Positions 1-9,755 of a stretch of 64,000 nucleotides of DNA are shown here, piece after piece. The notes under the pieces were generated by a model. The model saw only the letters and a list, made by a program, of their open reading frames with translations, was not told the DNA's origin and ran no database searches. The stretch's first letter is position 1. Each line of letters opens with the position of its first letter. A program made the position numbers and the translations under genes. The stretch is from an uncultured Candidatus Saccharibacteria bacterium (lineage in GTDB: Bacteria; Patescibacteriota; Minisyncoccia; SW-4-49-11): positions 628-64,627 of the forward strand of contig CAZWIJ010000002.1 in NCBI GenBank assembly GCA_964633865.1. Reading direction: 5' to 3'.

Positions 1-1612
1 AAATAAAGAAGTTTTAATCTTATGCCATACTGTGGAGATCTTAGATCAACTTAGTGACAGATTAGAGAATTACTGGGAAATTAAGGTGAACAGATTTTAT
101 GGGAATAAATTAGATCATAATTCTAATTTTACCGTAGCATCTTTTCAATCCGTGCATAGCTTACTAAAAAATGGAGGTTCCATTAATTGTGATTATTTAG
201 TTGTAGATGAATCACACCATTCTAGTGCTGAGACTTATAAATCTGTGCTAAATAATATACAATCTGAATGGAGATTAGGGCTTACTGCCACTCCAAACCG
301 ATTAGATGGCAAGGATATCCGAGAACAATTTGGGGAAGAAGTTGTTAATTTAGATATTACAACTGCTATCCAAAACAATTATCTTACTCCTTGTAAGATA
401 AAAATTATGTCTTGCGATCTCACTCAAGAGAAATTAGATCTAATTCGTAAAGAATTAAGAAGAAAAGATTTTAGCTTAAAAGATCTCGATAAATTAATTT
501 TTATTAAGCAAAAATTAGAATCTGAAGCTAAAACTATTCAAGAAGAATGTGGGGATAAGCAAGCAATTATCTATTGCTCTAGTATTAACCATATTATTCA
601 ATTAGGGAAATATTTGCCAAATTCTAACTCTATTCATGTTGGAAAAGAACTCAAAGATAATCAAAGAATTCTGGAAGATTTCCGAGAAGGGAAATTTCAA
701 TTCATTCTGAGTATAAATAAGTTGAATGAAGGAATTGATATCCCTAGTGTTCCCTATGGTGTTTTTATGAGAAGCACTCAATCTGAAAGAATTGTCTTAC
801 AGCAATTAGGAAGGATTCTAAGAAAATTTGAGGGGAAAAAAGAATCTATTATCTTAGATTTTGTTTCTAACTTGAAACATCTTAAATTTTTGAGAGATTT
901 AGAGTTGAAATTTAGTCAAGTTAATAATTCTGTAGATTCTGACAGTGAGGAAGATTTTCAAACTGATATTATCATCTCTAACCAAAACCTAATTTTTGAA
1001 TGGAGTCAAGAAGTTCTAGATCTCTTAGATTTACTAGATTCTCTAGATAAATATGAGACTTTGGAAGAAAATCGAGAGGCTTGGTTAAAATTAGTGATTG
1101 AGCATAATTTGGATAATGTTATAAGAAGTTATTGTAAAAATTATAGATTAGATCCTAAGCTTTTGTGTTGGTATTCTATCAAAGATAACTTTGGGATTAC
1201 TGGTTGGAATGAATTTTTAGATCAAGTTAAATACCAATCTATTGAGGAACATCGAGAGGCTTGGCTAAAGTTAGTATCTTTACATAATTTGGAGAATAAT
1301 CGAACAAGTTATCTCAATAACTATAAACTTGATCCTAAGCTCTTATCTTTTTATGCTGTCCAAAATAAATTTGAGATTAATAGTTGGGAAGAATTTATTA
1401 CTGGTAATAAAAAAGTTAAAGTTAAAGTTAAAAAATACCAAACCCTTGAGGAACATCGAGAGGCTTGGGAAAAATTAGTGATTGAGCATAATTTGGATAC
1501 CAATATAACAAATTATCCCAAGAATTATAAACGAGATCCTAAGCTTTTGTCTTGGCAAGCTATCCTAAATAAATTTGGGATAGCTGGTTGGAAAGAATTT
1601 ATTAATTCATAA
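1..1612 (+). CDS. SF2 DExH-box helicase, C-terminal portion (5' end cut by window edge), with three tandem ~60-67 aa C-terminal repeats
   Basis: The frame stays open from position 2 up to the GTG at 32, so the gene starts upstream of the window. Helicase motifs DESHH (II), LGLTATP (III) and QQLGRILR (VI) are present. Three repeat units of the form EE(N/H)REAWLKLV..HNL....Y..NY.LDPKLL begin at about nt 1067, 1247 and 1448. Confidence 0.7.
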   Translation, partial: NKEVLILCHTVEILDQLSDRLENYWEIKVNRFYGNKLDHNSNFTVASFQSVHSLLKNGGSINCDYLVVDESHHSSAETYKSVLNNIQSEWRLGLTATPNRLDGKDIREQFGEEVVNLDITTAIQNNYLTPCKIKIMSCDLTQEKLDLIRKELRRKDFSLKDLDKLIFIKQKLESEAKTIQEECGDKQAIIYCSSINHIIQLGKYLPNSNSIHVGKELKDNQRILEDFREGKFQFILSINKLNEGIDIPSVPYGVFMRSTQSERIVLQQLGRILRKFEGKKESIILDFVSNLKHLKFLRDLELKFSQVNNSVDSDSEEDFQTDIIISNQNLIFEWSQEVLDLLDLLDSLDKYETLEENREAWLKLVIEHNLDNVIRSYCKNYRLDPKLLCWYSIKDNFGITGWNEFLDQVKYQSIEEHREAWLKLVSLHNLENNRTSYLNNYKLDPKLLSFYAVQNKFEINSWEEFITGNKKVKVKVKKYQTLEEHREAWEKLVIEHNLDTNITNYPKNYKRDPKLLSWQAILNKFGIAGWKEFINS

Positions 1613-1640
1613 ATCTTTTCACTAATTAAATATTATTTCT

Positions 1641-1667
1641 CTTCACTTAGGTGAGGGGATTTTTTTA
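1641..1667 (+). terminator. Rho-independent terminator after helicase gene
   Basis: Hairpin cttcac-ttag-gtgagg followed by ggattttttta. Confidence 0.45.
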
Positions 1668-1739
1668 TTTAGATTCTCCATTTAAAAAATCCTATAAATA
1701 TGTTAGAATATAGTTATAAAAATTAAATAATTTATATTT

Positions 1740-2036
1740 ATGGAAAAAACAGATTTAAACAGTCTATCCAATCTATCTTATCTAAATATACCAGAACAAG
1801 ACTTTGCGAATTTTGAAAATTCATTTAATAGTATTATAGATTATATTCAGGAATTAGACTCTATTAATGTCAATACAGATGCTATCAAACCGACTTATTA
1901 TAATCAATATTTAAGAGAAGATATAGAACTAGAAGATAATTTGGCATTCGATGGAGATATAAGATCAAAAATCATAAGTGCTATGCCTCAAACAAAAGAT
2001 AATTATCTTGTTGTAAAAACTATTTTAAATAAATAA
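1740..2036 (+). CDS. gatC: Asp/Glu-tRNA amidotransferase subunit C
   Basis: 98 aa. Lies immediately upstream of gatA with a 2-nt spacer. Conserved YLREDIELED-type segment and GatC-like length. Confidence 0.7.
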   Translation: MEKTDLNSLSNLSYLNIPEQDFANFENSFNSIIDYIQELDSINVNTDAIKPTYYNQYLREDIELEDNLAFDGDIRSKIISAMPQTKDNYLVVKTILNK

Positions 2037-2038
2037 TT

Positions 2039-3478
2039 ATGTCACAAATTAACTCCATAACCGAACTCCATAAAGCTTATATAGATAAAGAAATTAAACC
2101 TTCTGAATTTATTTCAGATATTATCAATAAAATTGAAGAAAAAAATCCAAAACTAAATGCATATTTATCAGTATTTAAAGAAGAAGCTATAGAAAAATCT
2201 TTAATTTTAGATAAAAAAATTTCTAATAATCAAGATATATCTCTTTTGGAAGGAGTTCCTATTTCTATCAAAGATGCTATTTTAGTAGAAGGTCACAAAG
2301 TCACATCTTCTTCAAAAATTTTGGAAGATTATACTGCTGTTTATGATGCTACTGTTATCCGAAAACTAAAAGAAAAAGGTGTTATCTTGATGGGAAAAAC
2401 TAATCTTGATGAATTTGCTATGGGATCTTCTACAGAGAATTCTGCTTTTGGGCCAACCTTAAATCCAGTTGATGAGTCAAGAGTACCAGGAGGTTCATCT
2501 GGAGGTTCTGCCTCTAGTGTCAAAGCAGGATTATGTCTAGCTTCTCTTGGATCAGATACAGGAGGTTCTATAAGACAACCAGCTGCTCTTACCGGTATTG
2601 TCGGATTAAAGCCTACTTATGGTAGAGTTTCAAGATTTGGGTTGATAGCAATGGCATCTTCGCTAGATCAAATCGGACCTTTTACCAATAATATTTTGGA
2701 CTCTGCTTATATCCTAGAAGCAATTGAGGGAAAAGATTCAATGGATGCAACTTCTGTAGAATTAACTTTGGATCAAAAATTAAATTTTGACACCATTCAG
2801 AATAAATCTATACAAGGAATGACTATTGGATTACCAAAAGAATACTTTATTGATGGAATTAGTCCTGAGATAAAAGAGGCTATCAATAATACAATTGAGC
2901 AATATAAATCTTTGGGGGTTAATTTTAAAGAAATTTCTCTCCCCTACTCAAAATATGCAATTCCTACTTATTATATTCTTATGCCAGCCGAGGTAAGCAC
3001 AAATCTTGCTCGCTTTGATGGGATTAGATATGGATTATCTGAATTTGAAAAATCAAAAGATTTAAGAGATTTATATTTTGATAGTAGAACCAAGGGATTT
3101 GGTAAAGAATCTATGAGAAGAATTATGCTAGGATCTTATGTATTATCTAGCGGATATTATGATGCATATTATTCCAAAGCAAAAAAAATTCAATCTTTGA
3201 TCAAACAAGATTTTGATAAAGCATTTTCGGAAGTAGATGCTATCTTGACTCCGACTACACCAAACACAGCCTTCAAATTAGGTGAAAAAACTAATGATCC
3301 ATTAGCAATGTACTTGGAAGATATTTTTACGGTGGCTACTAATATTGCTGGTATTCCTGGTATTTCAATTCCAACTAAAACAAATTCAGGCCTACCGATT
3401 GGATTTCAGTTAATGACAAAACATTTTGATGAGAATACCCTACTTCAAATTGGACATAATATAGAAAAAATTTTATAA
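2039..3478 (+). CDS. gatA: Glu-tRNA(Gln) amidotransferase subunit A (amidase signature family)
   Basis: Amidase signature GGSSGGSASSV. KDAILVEGHKVTSSSKIL and GKTNLDEFAMGSSTENSAFGPT motifs. 479 aa. Confidence 0.9.
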   Translation: MSQINSITELHKAYIDKEIKPSEFISDIINKIEEKNPKLNAYLSVFKEEAIEKSLILDKKISNNQDISLLEGVPISIKDAILVEGHKVTSSSKILEDYTAVYDATVIRKLKEKGVILMGKTNLDEFAMGSSTENSAFGPTLNPVDESRVPGGSSGGSASSVKAGLCLASLGSDTGGSIRQPAALTGIVGLKPTYGRVSRFGLIAMASSLDQIGPFTNNILDSAYILEAIEGKDSMDATSVELTLDQKLNFDTIQNKSIQGMTIGLPKEYFIDGISPEIKEAINNTIEQYKSLGVNFKEISLPYSKYAIPTYYILMPAEVSTNLARFDGIRYGLSEFEKSKDLRDLYFDSRTKGFGKESMRRIMLGSYVLSSGYYDAYYSKAKKIQSLIKQDFDKAFSEVDAILTPTTPNTAFKLGEKTNDPLAMYLEDIFTVATNIAGIPGISIPTKTNSGLPIGFQLMTKHFDENTLLQIGHNIEKIL

Positions 3479-3488
3479 AGCTAAATAT

Positions 3489-4010
3489 ATGTGGGCAGAA
3501 TTTATTTTAATCTTAGAAACAACGGTTTTTATCTTAAAAATAATTTCTGCTATTGTTTCTATTATAATGCTAGTTTTAATTGTATGGTTAATAAAAGAAA
3601 CAAATTTTTATGAAAGTAAGATCAAAAAAATATTCTTTACATATAAAGAAGCTAAGTCTTCTGAATTAGAAATCAAAAATAATGAGTTCAAAAAATTTAT
3701 CCAAGAAAAATGGGCTGAAATCAAGGCTCAATCTACAAAAGGAGATATGGTTCATTGGAAACTTTCTATTATTGAAGCTGATAAATTAATTGATACTGTT
3801 CTAAAAGAACTTGGATTTATTGGGAATACTATGGGAGAAAGATTAAAGACAGTCACCGAAAAAGATCTCCCCTCCATAAATAGTCTTTGGCAAGTTCATA
3901 ATCTAAGAAATAATCTGGTTCATACTTCCGACTTTAATATAAATAAAAGTCAAGCTGAAAAGGCTATCTCAATTTTTGAAAAAGCATTAAAAGAGTTTAA
4001 AGTTATATAA
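3489..4010 (+). CDS. Hypothetical N-terminally membrane-anchored protein with a C-terminal helical domain carrying an R-x4-H (RNNLVH) HEPN-like motif
   Basis: One N-terminal TM segment (ILKIISAIVSIIMLVLIVWLI). C-terminal LWQVHNLRNNLVHTSD. No other recognisable family. Confidence 0.3.
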   Translation: MWAEFILILETTVFILKIISAIVSIIMLVLIVWLIKETNFYESKIKKIFFTYKEAKSSELEIKNNEFKKFIQEKWAEIKAQSTKGDMVHWKLSIIEADKLIDTVLKELGFIGNTMGERLKTVTEKDLPSINSLWQVHNLRNNLVHTSDFNINKSQAEKAISIFEKALKEFKVI

Positions 4011-4011
4011 T

Positions 4012-4446
4012 ATGTATTATAACACTGACTCATATTCTGGAGAAGACTTTATTATAAAACACTATATAATTTCTTTACTTGTTGCAAGTGCTATTTTTAT
4101 ATGGACCGCTATACCTATTGTTCAAGAAGCTTATAAATTAATTTATATTTATACAAATTATAATGAGACTTCTGGAGATATAACAAAAGAAGAATATGGA
4201 CGACTGACTACTTGTTATTATAAATATACAGTCAAAGATATAATTTATGAAGGGAAATATACTGTTGGTGGTTCTTGTCCACATTCTTTTGAAGAAACTG
4301 TAGTTTCTTATAATAATCAAAATCCTAAAATATCAATATTAAAAGGTGAAATGCTTGTACATATATACTTAGTAGGGTTAGTAATAAATATATCTATGTT
4401 ATTCCTTATACTTAATATAATAAGTTATAGAATAAAGTATTATTAG
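4012..4446 (+). CDS. Hypothetical small membrane protein (TM helices near both termini)
   Basis: Hydrophobic segments ISLLVASAIFIWTAIPIV and IYLVGLVINISMLFLILNII. Start is 2 nt after the previous stop. Confidence 0.3.
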   Translation: MYYNTDSYSGEDFIIKHYIISLLVASAIFIWTAIPIVQEAYKLIYIYTNYNETSGDITKEEYGRLTTCYYKYTVKDIIYEGKYTVGGSCPHSFEETVVSYNNQNPKISILKGEMLVHIYLVGLVINISMLFLILNIISYRIKYY

Positions 4447-4508
4447 TACAACCACTTGCATAACTAACCTTTTTTTGGTAATATATTATATGTAAAGTAT
4501 GTATTGAT

Positions 4509-4583
4509 GGTGTCTATAGTTTAATGGTAAAACATCGGGTTGTGGTTCCGACGTTACGGGTTCAATTCCCGTTAGACACCCCA
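4509..4583 (+). tRNA. tRNA-His (anticodon GTG) with encoded G-1 and 3' CCA
   Basis: Cloverleaf read by eye. 8-bp acceptor stem GGTGTCTA/TAGACACC (the G-1:C73 pair typical of tRNA-His). Anticodon stem TCGGG/TCCGA. Loop TTGTGGT gives anticodon GTG. T-arm GGGTTCAATTCCC. Terminal CCA. Confidence 0.8.
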
Positions 4584-4607
4584 ATGTATATTTTAAAATT
4601 AGAATAA

Positions 4608-5750
4608 ATGAAAAAAATAGGGATAGATGCAAGGTTTTTCGGTACAATAGGAAAAGGATTAGGAAGATATACCCAAAAATTAATTGAAGAATTAGAAAAA
4701 ACAGATAAAGATAATCTTTATTTTATTTTTATTAGAAAAGAAAATTTTGATGAATATATTCCACAAAACCCTAATTTTACCAAAGTTTTAGCTGATATAT
4801 CTTGGTATTCTTTGGAAGAGCAGATTAAAATGACTATTCTTTTAAATAGATATAATTTGGATTTAGTTCATTTTCCACACTTTAATGTTCCTTTATTTTA
4901 TAGAAAAGATTATGTGGTCACTATCCATGATTTAATTTTGATAGAATACCCTACAAGAAAAGCTTCTAAGCTAAATTCTTTTATGTATTATTTTAAAAAT
5001 TTAGTTTATAAAATTGTTATTAGAAATGCTATATTTACTTCCAAAAAAGTTATAACTATTTCAAAATACACGGAAAAATCTATCCTAAAAAATTTTAATA
5101 TAAAAAAATCTAAAATTAATATGATCTATGAAGGAGTAGATTTAGAAAAATTCAATCTCCAAAATGAAGAAGAATTTGATTATAAAAAATTTAATATAGA
5201 AAAAAATAATTTCTTATTATATGTAGGAAATGCCTATCCTCATAAAAATATAGATGGATTAATATTAGCATTTAAAAAATTAATTCAATCCAAAGACATT
5301 AACCCTAATTTAAAACTACTTTTAATTGGCAAACATGATTATTTTTATAAACAAATTATTCAATTAGTAAAGAAAAATGATTTACAAGAAAGAGTAATTT
5401 TACCCGGATTTGTAAATGACAATCAATTAATTTCATTATTCCATAACTGTAAACTTTATATTTTTCCTAGTTTTTATGAAGGATTTGGATTACCTCCATT
5501 AGAAGCTCTTGCTCTTGATGCCAAATTAGTCTTATCTAATGCCACTTGCTTACCTGAAATATTTGAAGACTCAGCCACTTATTTTGATCCGAATAATGAA
5601 CCTAGTATTATTAAAGCTATTAAAGAATCCCTAACCACCAATAAAAAGCTAGACCCGATTATTAAAAATAAAATTTTGAATAAATATTCTTGGGAAGATA
5701 TGGCAGAAAGAACAAAAACAGTGTATAATAAAATAAGAGAAATCAATTAA
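4608..5750 (+). CDS. Glycosyltransferase, GT-B fold (family 4/GT1-like)
   Basis: C-terminal FPSFYEGFGLPPLEALA motif typical of GT4 retaining glycosyltransferases. Confidence 0.75.
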   Translation: MKKIGIDARFFGTIGKGLGRYTQKLIEELEKTDKDNLYFIFIRKENFDEYIPQNPNFTKVLADISWYSLEEQIKMTILLNRYNLDLVHFPHFNVPLFYRKDYVVTIHDLILIEYPTRKASKLNSFMYYFKNLVYKIVIRNAIFTSKKVITISKYTEKSILKNFNIKKSKINMIYEGVDLEKFNLQNEEEFDYKKFNIEKNNFLLYVGNAYPHKNIDGLILAFKKLIQSKDINPNLKLLLIGKHDYFYKQIIQLVKKNDLQERVILPGFVNDNQLISLFHNCKLYIFPSFYEGFGLPPLEALALDAKLVLSNATCLPEIFEDSATYFDPNNEPSIIKAIKESLTTNKKLDPIIKNKILNKYSWEDMAERTKTVYNKIREIN

Positions 5751-5765
5751 CATAAAATAGTATTT

Positions 5766-8360
5766 ATGATAAAAAAGTCTTCCAATATAGTTAATTTAAA
5801 GGAAGTTTATCAAGAAAAGTTAAATCAACAAAGATCTAAATTAACAGCATTAAACTTAAAAGAACTAAAACCTAAACTACCTTCTCAAAAAAAAGAAATT
5901 GAAGAAAGTAAGTCTTTTGATTTTACAGAAAATAATAATACCACTAAGGATGTATACGAAATAAATACTGAATTTGAAATAGATTTAAATTATGATATAA
6001 ATTTCGATCTTAATTTAGAGAAAGATTTCATAGATAATGAAAATTTAAATATCACCCCGAATCAAACAATAACTCCTACTATATTCGAAGAAGAAGTTAT
6101 TCCAGAGAAAATAATTCCTACTCCACAGATAGAACAACCTCCTATAATTAATCCAAAACATCCAATATTTAAAAAATTTGATTTTTCTTTTTATATCCAA
6201 AAGTTTAATTTTTTTAAAAATACAATCTCTCCAATATACCAAAAATTATTTCATCAATCACAGAATAATTTTAATCTAAAAAAGAACGGTTTATCTTTTA
6301 TACCAATAGAAAATAAATATAATTTTGAATTTAATGACATCAAAAAACAATATAAAACTAGATTTTCATTAAATGATTTTACATCATATGTTCAAAATTT
6401 ATCATTTTTATACCCTAAAAATAAAAAAGTTGCTATATCTTTTTTATCAATTACATTATTAACTAGCTTTTCATTCCCTAGCTTCAAATTAATGTATGAT
6501 GGATTAACTGTTAAAGATAATATTAATCTACAAATCGCAGCTAGTAAAGAGCTTTTTTCTAGAACAAATGATAATACCGATTTATATCTAACCCAAAATC
6601 TATTAGCTCTATCAAATGGACTAGATAAAACATCTAACGATATTGACTTATTACAAGGAAATCTATCTGGTATAATAAATTTATTACCTATACTATCTAG
6701 TGTTGGTGCTGGTGAAGAAGTATCTAAAGATCTTGCTAAAATTGCTTCACTATCAGCGGAATTATCAATAGCCATCAAACCATTGCTAGAAGAAAATTTT
6801 GATATGTTTGATATGAAAAATGCTAACACTACTACTGATACCATAAAAAAAACAAAATATATCTCTAAACAAATTCATGAAGAATTAAAATCACTAGAAA
6901 AAAACATGTCTAAAATAAATACTTCTGTCCTCCCAAAATCCAGTGTAGATGAAATAATATCAACAAAAAAAGCTTTACCTATAATTATAGATTTAACATC
7001 TGATACTGACAAATACTTTGATCTATTGCTAAATTTTATTGGTGAGAAAAGAGAAAAAAACTATTTATTTATTTTCCAAAACAACCAAGAATTAAGACCT
7101 ACTGGTGGATTTATAGGTAGTTATGGATTAGTCAAATTAGATCGTGGAATAATAAAAAAACTAGATATAAAAGAAATTTATAGTGCTGATGGGCAATTAT
7201 CCAAACAAATATTGTCCCCCACTCCTCTTCAAGAATTAAGCCAAAGATGGTTTTTCAGAGACTCCAATTGGTTTGCTGATTTTTCTTTAAGTTCAGATAA
7301 AATGATGAGATTTTATGAACAATCAGGTGGAATATCTACAGAGGGAGTTTTATCAATAACTCCAACTATTATAGAGAGAATTTTAAAAATTACTGGGCCT
7401 ATAACTTTAGAAAAATATAATGTAACAATATCTTCTGAAAATTTTATTGAGATAACTCAATTTCAAACAGTTCAAGAGAATGCTTTAGAATATAATAAAC
7501 CAAAGCAATTCTTGGCAGATTTAGCTCCTGTTCTTTTAAAAAAAATTATATCTTTAGAAATACCAAAACTAATTGAAGTCTCAGAGGTATTAAAACAAGG
7601 TATTCAAGAACGACTTATATTAGCTAACTTCAAAGATGAGGATTTACAAAACTTTGTAGAAGAGATCAATATGTCTGGCTCATTATATGATACAAAAAAA
7701 GATTATTTATCAGTAGTTAATACCAATCTAGGAGGATATAAAACTGATGGAGTCATAGATAATAATATAAAAATTGAAACAAGAATTGAAGAAAATGGAG
7801 CTATAATCAATAAAGTATCCATAAAAAGAAGTCACAACGGTGGCGATAAACAATATAAATGGTGGAATGTCCCTAATATTAATTATCTTAGATTGTATGT
7901 TCCTAAAGGAGCAAAAATTATAAAAGCAGAAGGATTTGAGGAAAGAGAAAAAGTTCAACTACCAGAATATACTAAAGATTATACTATAGATAAAGATCTA
8001 GAAGAGATTTATAAATCTGAAAAATTCATAGAAGAATTTAATATTACAGAAAGTATAGAATCTAATAAAACTGTATTTGGTGGTTGGAAAACTACAGGAA
8101 CTAAACAAACATCGGAAGTAAGTATAGAATATGAATTACCTTTCAAATTAAAAAAGAAAGATCTATATTCAATAATATTACAAAAACAAGCTGGAGATAT
8201 TAGATCTAAATACAATCAAAATATTGTATTAGATCCTAGCATAAAATTATCTTGGAGGAAATCGGCTGATGAAATATCAATCAACAAAAATAATATAAAT
8301 ATTAAAGAAAGTTTATTTAATAAAGATAAATTTTTAGTACTTGAATTGGATAGAAAATAA
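5766..8360 (+). CDS. Large DUF4012-like protein (N-terminal anchor, long extracellular region)
   Basis: Segment FQNNQELRPTGGFIGSYG resembles the NNAE.R.TGG signature I associate with DUF4012. 864 aa. Co-operonic with the glycosyltransferase and murB. Confidence 0.5.
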   Translation: MIKKSSNIVNLKEVYQEKLNQQRSKLTALNLKELKPKLPSQKKEIEESKSFDFTENNNTTKDVYEINTEFEIDLNYDINFDLNLEKDFIDNENLNITPNQTITPTIFEEEVIPEKIIPTPQIEQPPIINPKHPIFKKFDFSFYIQKFNFFKNTISPIYQKLFHQSQNNFNLKKNGLSFIPIENKYNFEFNDIKKQYKTRFSLNDFTSYVQNLSFLYPKNKKVAISFLSITLLTSFSFPSFKLMYDGLTVKDNINLQIAASKELFSRTNDNTDLYLTQNLLALSNGLDKTSNDIDLLQGNLSGIINLLPILSSVGAGEEVSKDLAKIASLSAELSIAIKPLLEENFDMFDMKNANTTTDTIKKTKYISKQIHEELKSLEKNMSKINTSVLPKSSVDEIISTKKALPIIIDLTSDTDKYFDLLLNFIGEKREKNYLFIFQNNQELRPTGGFIGSYGLVKLDRGIIKKLDIKEIYSADGQLSKQILSPTPLQELSQRWFFRDSNWFADFSLSSDKMMRFYEQSGGISTEGVLSITPTIIERILKITGPITLEKYNVTISSENFIEITQFQTVQENALEYNKPKQFLADLAPVLLKKIISLEIPKLIEVSEVLKQGIQERLILANFKDEDLQNFVEEINMSGSLYDTKKDYLSVVNTNLGGYKTDGVIDNNIKIETRIEENGAIINKVSIKRSHNGGDKQYKWWNVPNINYLRLYVPKGAKIIKAEGFEEREKVQLPEYTKDYTIDKDLEEIYKSEKFIEEFNITESIESNKTVFGGWKTTGTKQTSEVSIEYELPFKLKKKDLYSIILQKQAGDIRSKYNQNIVLDPSIKLSWRKSADEISINKNNINIKESLFNKDKFLVLELDRK

Positions 8361-8370
8361 TTTATAGATT

Positions 8371-9321
8371 ATGAATGATTTAATCAAAGAAAATATTAAT
8401 TTAGCTAATTATTCCACATTTAAAATTGGTGGTGATGCTAAATTTTTTGCTATTATAAATAATATAGATGATTTGGTGAAAGCTATTCGATTTAGCAGAG
8501 AAAAAAATATACATACAGCAATTATTGGAGCTGGATGCAATCTTGTTATTGATGACTCTGGAATTGATGGTTTAGTTTTAAAAATGAATATGCAAGGAGT
8601 AGAAGTTATAGATAAAACTTTAATTGCAGAAGCTGGAATATCATTTAGTTCTTTAGTAGGTAGAGCTCATTCTAAAAATCTAGTTGGGTTAGAATGGATG
8701 GCATCAGTTCCATCTAGCTTAGGTGGAGGAATACGAGGAAATGCTGGAGCTTTTGGAGGTGAAACAAAAGATTTACTAAAATCTATAGTGGTTTATCGCG
8801 AAGATAAAATACAAGAAATTGATTCTTCTGAATTCAAGTTCAATTATAGATATTCTACTTTTAAAGAAATTGATAATAAAGACATTATTCTTGGTGGTAA
8901 ATTCGAACTTAGAGCTGGAGATATTAAGGAAGCTAGACAAAATGTAGTCTCCTTTATAACAAAAAAAAGAGAATCTCAACCAACTGGATTTGCTTGTTCT
9001 GGTTGTATTTTTAAAAATTATCAGAAAGAAATTTTGGATAAAAATATTTTAGATAAATATCCTGAAATAATAGAGTTTAATAAAAAGAAGATAATTCCAG
9101 CTGGTTACTTGATTGAAAAAGTAGGACTCAAAGGTTATCAAATTGGATACTGCCAAATTAGTGAAAAACATGCAAACTACATTTTAAATCTAGAAAATAA
9201 AACCTCTTACTCTGATTTAGTTAAACTAATTGAATTGATAAAAGATAGTGTTTATAATGAATTTAGAGTAAATATAGAAGAAGAAGTATCTTATTTACAT
9301 AAACAACTTAAGTTTTATTAA
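8371..9321 (+). CDS. murB: UDP-N-acetylenolpyruvoylglucosamine reductase
   Basis: FAD-binding N-terminus (LANYSTFKIGGDAKFF...IIGAGCNLVIDDSGIDGLVLKM). MurB-like C-terminal domain. Confidence 0.85.
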   Translation: MNDLIKENINLANYSTFKIGGDAKFFAIINNIDDLVKAIRFSREKNIHTAIIGAGCNLVIDDSGIDGLVLKMNMQGVEVIDKTLIAEAGISFSSLVGRAHSKNLVGLEWMASVPSSLGGGIRGNAGAFGGETKDLLKSIVVYREDKIQEIDSSEFKFNYRYSTFKEIDNKDIILGGKFELRAGDIKEARQNVVSFITKKRESQPTGFACSGCIFKNYQKEILDKNILDKYPEIIEFNKKKIIPAGYLIEKVGLKGYQIGYCQISEKHANYILNLENKTSYSDLVKLIELIKDSVYNEFRVNIEEEVSYLHKQLKFY

Positions 9322-9328
9322 AAATAAA

Positions 9329-9357
9329 AGCCCTACACTTTAAGTAAATGTAGGGCT
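9329..9357. terminator. Bidirectional hairpin terminator between murB and minus-strand small ORF
   Basis: Perfect 9-bp inverted repeat AGCCCTACA...TGTAGGGCT. A/T runs on both sides (the minus-strand reading gives the hairpin followed by TTTATTTT). Confidence 0.55.
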
Positions 9358-9366
9358 AAAATTTGA

Positions 9367-9612
9367 TTATTTTACAGTATCATCAATGATAATAATACCA
9401 TTATTGTTGTCTGCAACAAATTTGTCACAGACTGGATTGGACTCGTTATATAATTGGTAGTAACGAGCACAACCATAACTGATTGCATCAAATTGGCTCT
9501 TATTGTAGACAACTTTTTCTTCTGAAGAAGAAATTTGATTAGAAAAAACTACAGTGTCAATAATCTCAAATACCTTAGTATTGAGAACAAACAAATAAAG
9601 TAATAGATCCAT
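9367..9612 (-). CDS. Hypothetical small protein (81 aa)
   Basis: ORF with its own downstream hairpin terminator. No recognisable domain. Confidence 0.3.
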   Translation of the reverse strand: MDLLLYLFVLNTKVFEIIDTVVFSNQISSSEEKVVYNKSQFDAISYGCARYYQLYNESNPVCDKFVADNNNGIIIIDDTVK

Positions 9613-9755
9613 AGTCTATTTATGTTTTGATAAATTACATTTTCATTATATATTAGTATATTATTTTTGTCAATCTTATGTACGAGATGAATACATAAAC
9701 TTTATAAATCAACTCATATATGATATAATAAAATATATTTAAATAAATAAACTTT

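Noticed and set aside
1050-1612. Possible CRISPR-like array because of three regularly spaced ~21-bp identical blocks (gaggaacatcgagaggcttgg)
   Set aside because: The blocks are in-frame codons of a protein repeat, with unit lengths of ~180 and ~200 bp and conserved flanking codons. The spacers are homologous too. It is not a repeat-spacer architecture.
2341-2523. 60-aa minus-strand ORF inside gatA, and similar short antisense ORFs listed in the six-frame track inside large genes (6045-6242, 6392-6844, 7728-7958, 8009-8215, 8776-8979, 10496-10780, 15382-15645, 16476-16730, 17772-18114, 18648-18857, 20559-20744, 22222-22404, 27667-27900, 29054-29911, 32352-32570, 33255-33443, 35754-35987, 41935-42120, 48042-48766, 49096-49296, 49461-49685, 50152-50385, 55936-56124, 58047-58229, 59437-59643, 60906-61091)
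   Set aside because: Fully embedded antisense to well-supported conserved genes. Low-complexity translations in an AT-rich genome. No independent signals.
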